From assembly GCA_048013815.1 (NCBI GenBank), contig CM106585.1, positions 18,414,001 through 18,478,000 of the forward strand: a DNA stretch of 64,000 bases. Direction: 5' to 3'. Position 1 is the first letter of the stretch. Every line of letters begins with the position of its first letter. Below the pieces are notes generated by a model, which was not told the origin of the DNA, searched no databases, and saw only the letters and a list, made by a program, of their open reading frames with translations. Position numbers and translations under genes: made by a program. Shown here piece by piece: positions 61,176 through 64,000 of the stretch. The stretch comes from Setoptus koraiensis. Taxonomy: Eukaryota; Animalia; Arthropoda.

Positions 61176-61900
61176 GGCCAACATTATTCGTCAATTGTTG
61201 GCCGGTCGGAATTCTCGCCGTTCACGCTGATGAGAAACGGTTTGCGGCAGTATGTTTGTTAGCACAGTTGCACAGGTAAATGAGTGAGAAGCAGGAACTA
61301 ATCTTATGCATCTTGTGCGCCTGATACGGTGGCTCGAGCAAGACGCCATTCACTCTCGTTTGTTTATATGCGTATATGCACTTGCAATTGTGTGCTGCGT
61401 GTGTGTTCCTGTTTCCTCTCCTCGGTCGCCTCCATATCCTGTCTTGTTTCGCTATCTAATTTATTCAATTAATTCGCCGGCGATTGCGGCGCTCAGTGGC
61501 CGCGCCGGCATGGCGCAATTGTATCAGCGAATTGAAAATTGTGTGAAAACAGCAGCAGCAGCAGCGTAACAAGCCGTAATGGCCGCTTGTTAGAACAATG
61601 GAACTGTTTTCGTTGCAAAATTGCTGCTGCTGCACCAAAAACAGTAGCGCTCTCGCTGCCTATATTTAATATCACCATTATTGTTACCTGCACCATTGGT
61701 GTATCATTGGCGCACACGCACGCACACAAAGACAAACACCAGCTAACGCGGCCTGCGCCACACTGGTTCATTGGTGCAGTCTGCAACTGGTGCCCAAATC
61801 GAGTTTGTGCGCGTCGAATTGTCTCGTCGTGTGTGCAACACATTCGACCACATCACACTCTCATGATCGCACTCGAGCCACCATCTTGGCCGCCTGCACA

Positions 61901-61944
61901 CAGTGCTGTACAGTGCTGTACAGTGCTGTTCAGTGCTGTACAGT
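61901..61944. repeat. 10-bp tandem repeat (cagtgctgta) x~4.4
   Basis: Read directly from the sequence. Confidence 0.9.
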
Positions 61945-62662
61945 ATGCGCCGGTTGCGTGCAACCGGTGTGTGCTACCGCTTCTCGTCGGCCGCCGCTCG
62001 GCTCGCAGTGATACACGCAGTGATACAAAATGGTGGCCAGCGAGTCACAGACCGATGCGTTGTCAGTTGTCTTGTGCAAAGTGTTGGCGAACTTTTGCTG
62101 TTTCGTAGCGTGCGATGCTCGTTGCATGACAACAATGCCACTCGCACAGCCAGTGTAAATACAGCCAGTGTGTGGCGTGGAATATTTTGGCGCTCTAGAC
62201 GATAGCGCGTAGCGCGGCCAGCGAATTCGTGCCAGCAAATTCGATCCTGTTTATGCAACCACCACAACTCACGCAGCGCTTTCACCATCGCGGCACACAG
62301 TCAGCGGCGCTCGAGCGCGTTGGCGCATCGCGCGGCGCGCATCTCCACCGATGGCGCGTCCCCCGGCGAATTGTTTCGTACGAATTTGAGTCATTTGCAC
62401 TGTGCAGTCCGGGCAATTATTTGTATTTGTATCACTACTATAATAGTAGTACTATTAGTATTATGCTGCCGTGCGCAAATTTGTCCCACCATCATCAGTT
62501 TCTCCATGCACCGGCACCCCAGCCATAACAATTACTGTTGCCATTAGCACTCATTAAGTTGATATTAATTTACATTTATCTTTGTTTTCCTATGTTATCA
62601 TTACCATTATTATTATTATCATCATTACCACCATTTATTATTTGTTGTTATATTACGTTGCC

Positions 62663-62852
62663 ATGACACAACGCATCGTCGCCATCACAATTATCATCGC
62701 ATTACTTGAACCGTCATTATTACCGTCGGACTGCACTTACGCGTCGCTCGCACCACCAAAAACAAACAAACTAACCCAAATCGCCGCAACAGGTCTCGTC
62801 ACCACCCCAGCCAAACACCCCGCAATAAGGCCCCCTGCCACAAATACCAGAG
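62663..62852 (+). CDS. Candidate first coding exon encoding a signal peptide (MTQRIVAITIIIALLEPSLLPSDCTYA...PPATNTR, 63 aa, phase-1 end)
   Basis: gttgccATGA start, a short basic plus hydrophobic N-terminus, a Pro/Thr/Ala-rich linker, and the donor ACCAGAG|GTAGGT at 62853. 190 nt = 63 codons + 1. Confidence 0.4.
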
Positions 62853-64000
62853 GTAGGTTTTGTTCAATCGCTCATGTCAACTCATGTTCACTCACTCATG
62901 TTCACTCATGTTGACTCACTCAACCTGAACTTGACTGAACGCGTTCGTTGACCAGACTCTGGCCTATCCACCATTCCGTCACACTGCTCACATGCATCAA
63001 GCTAATTATGTCGATCAATTGACGATAACTAGACGACTTAGTTTCAGCTCGCAGCAACAGTCTGCCCAAGCACTGACCACCATCAACTCTTCCTCATCCG
63101 TCAACTGTGTACACTTGCCACTGTGTGTGTGTGTGTGTGCGCGCTAAGGTAGCCAATCAATTGAAGTTCAACAGAGAGGAAGGATGCCCTCGAGCACACC
63201 TGTTGCTTGCCGGCGATGGCTGGCTAACTATGCAAACCGTTGCAGGGTTAGCCAGCCCAACTTCTACTCTAACACACTAACACTCTTGCACACGCTCAAA
63301 CATGTGGCCAGCCGGCCGGCCGCTCATCATGCCCAAAATAATGAACTTATCAAGATATGCTATCTACCACTCAAGCTCGCATCTCGCTTTTATGCAAATT
63401 TTTGATAATGATCTATCGAGACATCATCTCTCCGATAGTTGTGCTCTTGTAACTGCCCGAACTGACCAGTAGGTTGCTGAACTTGACTAGTCAACAAAAC
63501 GTTGTTGTTGTTTTCATGACCAACAACAACAACAACAACGGCAACCAATTGCGCTCATTTTGTTCGCCCTCAACGACTTGCATGAGAGCAATCATAAATG
63601 TAGCTCCATGGTAAATTTGTTAACAAATAATGGGCAACACTTAATTAGCATTGATCACTACATGCTGTAAGGAAAAGGATTGAAGAGAGAAAGAGCGACA
63701 AAAACAAGCAGGCTCAAAAAGCTGCTGGGTGGTCCATTTTGTGTCCAGGTTGCAAGACATTGTAGATGGTATCTTCCTCTGTTTTACTATCGAAACAAAC
63801 TAATCAATCTTTATTTCGTAGCATCCTCTGTTAACTAACTACGCACTCCTAATAGATGTTAATAATAGCGCTACACTTCCTATAGCGCATACATGAGAGA
63901 ATGTCTTCTCAACCCTTGCACTAGTTTGTGAGCTTGCTGTTAATCTAACTGCAAAACAGCCATTTGCCATCAGATCGACATAGAGGTTATTCTTTCGCTT

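Noticed and set aside
12000-64000. Transposable elements, tRNA or rRNA genes
   Set aside because: I saw no RT, transposase or integrase motifs, no terminal inverted repeats with target-site duplications, and no cloverleaf or rRNA signature by manual reading; a RepeatMasker or tRNAscan run would be needed to exclude them formally.

Overview
Eukaryotic (animal) genomic DNA. The short GT-AG introns and intron-poor genes suggest a compact arthropod genome, possibly a mite (inference only). Two genes are confidently identified, both on the minus strand: a strawberry notch (SBNO-family) helicase-like gene in three coding exons (8570-5024, 4920-4324, 4195-4116; about 1407 aa) and an intronless SLC16/MCT-type MFS transporter (11706-9805; 633 aa). 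The roughly 1.2 kb between them holds a decayed copy of the transporter's 3' end and a diverged direct repeat pair of about 130-140 bp. From about 12 to 56 kb the sequence is GC/CpG-rich and packed with short tandem duplications, and I could recognise no conserved protein domain there; most ORFs called in that block look like compositional artefacts. The best gene-like signals beyond 12 kb are two plus-strand exons (25719-25929 and 62663-62852), each with an ATG, a signal-peptide-like segment and a phase-1 donor. They may be alternative first exons of one large secreted or membrane-protein gene. Several splice-site oddities also occur: tandemly duplicated donors, an AG-free zone ending in AG|GTAAG, and micro-exon chains. 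No rRNA, tRNA, CRISPR array or recognisable transposon was seen.
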